From Macrostomum lignano (lineage: Eukaryota), in NCBI GenBank assembly GCA_002269645.1, contig NIVC01003064.1:57602-121601 (forward strand): DNA of 64,000 nt. Reading direction: 5' to 3'. The notes under the pieces are model-generated. The model was not told where the DNA came from. It saw nothing but the letters and a program-made list of their open reading frames with translations, and made no database searches. Shown in pieces: positions 61,445-64,000 of this stretch. The translations under genes were made by a program, and so were the position numbers. Position 1 is the stretch's first letter; every line of letters begins with the position of its first letter.

Positions 61445-63960
61445 CGTCACTGCCTATCTGATTGTGTCCTCACTGCCTATCTGAGATTGTGTCCTCACTG
61501 CCTATCTGATTGTGTCCTAACCGTCTATCTGAGATTGTGTCCTCACTGCCTATCTGATTGTGTCCTCACTGCCTATCTGATTGTGTCCTCACCGTCTATC
61601 TGAGATTGTGTCCTCCCTGCCTATCTGAGATTGTGTCCTCCCCGCCTAACTGAGATTGTGTCCTCACTGCCTATCTGATTGTGTCCTCACTGCCTATCTG
61701 AGATTGTGTCCTCACTGCCTATCTGATTGTGTCCTCACTGCCTTTCTGAGATTGTGTCCTCACTGCCTATCTGATTGTGTTCTCACTGCCTATCTGATTG
61801 TGTCCTCACTGCCTATCTGATTGTGTTCTCACTGCCTATCTGATTGTGTTCTCACTGCCTATCTGATTGTGTCCTCACTGCCTATCTGAGATTGTGTCCT
61901 CACTGCCTATCTGATTGTGTCCTCACTGCCTATCTGAGATTGTGTCCTCACTGCCTATCTGATTGTGTCCTCCCTGCCTATCTGAGATTGTGTCCTCACT
62001 GCCTATCTGATTGTGTCCTCACTGCCTATCTGATTGTGTCCTCCCTGCCTATCTGAGATTGTGTCCTCCCTGCCTATCTGAGATTGTGTCCTCATTGCCT
62101 ATCTGATTGTGTTCTCACTGCCTATCTGAGATTGTGTCCTCACTGCCTATCTGAGATTGTGTCCTCATTGCCTATCTGATTGTGTCCTCACTGCCTATCT
62201 GATTGTGTCCTCATTGCCTATCTGATTGTGTTCTCACTGCCTTTCTGATTGTGTCCTCACTGCCTATCTGATTGTGTCCTCACTGCCTATCTGATTGTGT
62301 CCTCACTGCCTATCTGAGATTGTGTCCTCACTGCCTATCTGATTGTGTCCTCCCTGCCTATCTGAGATTGTGTCCTCCCCGCCTAACTGAGATTGTGTCC
62401 TCATTGCCTATCTGATTGTGTCCTCACTGCCTATCTGAGATTGTGTCCTCCCCGCCTATCTGAGATTGTGTCCTCATTGCCTATCTGATTGTGTCCTCAC
62501 TGCCTATCTGATTGTGTCCTCTTTGCCTATCTGATTGTGTCCTCACTGCCTATCTGATTGTGTCCTCACTGCCTATCTGATTGTGTCCTCACTGCCTATC
62601 TGAGATTGTGTCCTCACTGCCTATCTGATTGTGTCCTCCCTGCCTATCTGAGATTGTGTCCTCCCCGCCTAACTGAGATTGTGTCCTCATTGCCTATCTG
62701 ATTGTGTCCTCACTGCCTATCTGAGATTGTGTCCTCCCCGCCTATCTGAGATTGTGTCCTCATTGCCTATCTGATTGTGTCCTCACTGCCTATCTGAGAT
62801 TGTGTCCTCCCCGCCTATCTGAGATTGTGTCCTCATTGCCTATCTGATTGTGTCCTCACTGCCTATCTGAGATTGTGTCCTCCCGCCTAACCGAGATTGT
62901 GTCCTCATTGCCTATCTGATTGTGTCCTCACTGCCTATCTGATTGTGTCCTCACTGCCTATCTGATTGTGTCCTCACCGTCTATCTGAGATTGTGTCCTC
63001 ACTGCCTATCTGAGATTGTGTCCTCATTGCCTATCTGATTGTGTTCTCACTGCCTATCTGATTGTGTCCTCACTGCCTATCTGATTGTGTTCTCACTGCC
63101 TATCTGATTGTGTTCTCACTGCCTATCTGAGATTGTGTCCTCACTGCCTATCTGATTGTGTCCTCACTGCCTATCTGATTGTGTCCTCACTGCCTATCTG
63201 ATTGTGTCCTCCCTGCCTATCTGAGATTGTGTCCTCCCTGCCTATCTGAGATTGTGTCCTCATTGCCTATCTGATTGTGTTCTCACTGCCTATCTGATTG
63301 TGTCCTCACTGCCTATCAGATTGTGTCCTCACTGCCTATCTGATTGTGTCCTCACTACCTATCTGAGATTGTGTCCCCACTGCCTATCTGATTGTGTCCT
63401 CACTACCTATCTGAGATTGTGTCCTCACTACCTATCTGAGATTGTGTCCCCACTGCCTATCTGATTGTGTCCTCACTACCTATCTGAGATTGTGTCCTCA
63501 CTGCCTATCTGATTGTGTCCTCACTGCCTATCTGAGATTGTGTCCTCACTGCCTATCTGAGATTGTGTCCTCACTGCCTATCTGAGATTGTGTCCTCACT
63601 GCCTATCTGAGATTGTGTCCTCACTGCCTATCTGAGATTGTGTCCTCACTGCCTATCTGAGATTGTGTCCTCACTGCCTATCTGATTGTGTCCTCCCTGC
63701 CTATCTGATTGTCTCCTCACTGCCTATCTGAGATTGTGTCCTCACTGCTATCTGAGATTGTGTCCTCACTGCTTATCTGAGATTGTGTCCTCACTGCCTA
63801 TCTGATTGTGTCCTCACTGCCTATCTGATTGTCTCCTCACTGCCTATCTGATTGTCTCCTCACTGCCTATCTGAGATTGTGTCCTCACTGCTATCTGAGA
63901 TTGTGTCCTCACTGCTATCTGAGATTGTGTCCTCACTGCTTATCTGAGATTGTGTCCTCA
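61445..63960. repeat. 23/25-bp minisatellite (~2.5 kb)
   Basis: Unit TGTCCTCACTGCCTATCTGA(GA)TTG. Confidence 0.95.
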
Positions 63961-64000
63961 ATATCTGCGTCATAATTAACCCTATAGCATATTTTTTCAC

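Noticed and set aside
63976-63990. piggyBac-like TTAA|CCCT terminus
   Set aside because: A single short motif at the window edge with no partner end or transposase.

Overview
Animal genomic DNA with GC-rich spliced exons and introns largely filled by array-specific minisatellites. The architecture suggests a free-living flatworm such as Macrostomum, but that is an inference. Contents in order: (1) the 3' part of a spliced RPA70-like double OB-fold gene, followed at 4910-4941 by a Helitron-type 3' terminus; (2) a tRNA-derived CORE-like SINE with a target site duplication (TSD); (3) a 5'-truncated, decayed Ty3/Gypsy retrotransposon with a CHCC gag motif (CsRn1-like) and an intact 3' LTR; (4) a ZDHHC3/7 palmitoyltransferase gene; (5) a short JmjN-JmjC KDM4 demethylase gene; (6) an unrecognised four-exon gene on the minus strand; (7) at least 14 exons of a giant FAT1/2/3-type cadherin that continues past the window end. 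The most unusual pattern is that several intronic tandem arrays are built from copies of the splice junction itself (exon end plus donor, or acceptor plus exon start), so the real site sits next to many decoy copies. No CRISPR, rRNA or intact tRNA gene was seen. All calls were made by eye from the sequence and the ORF track; no searches were run.
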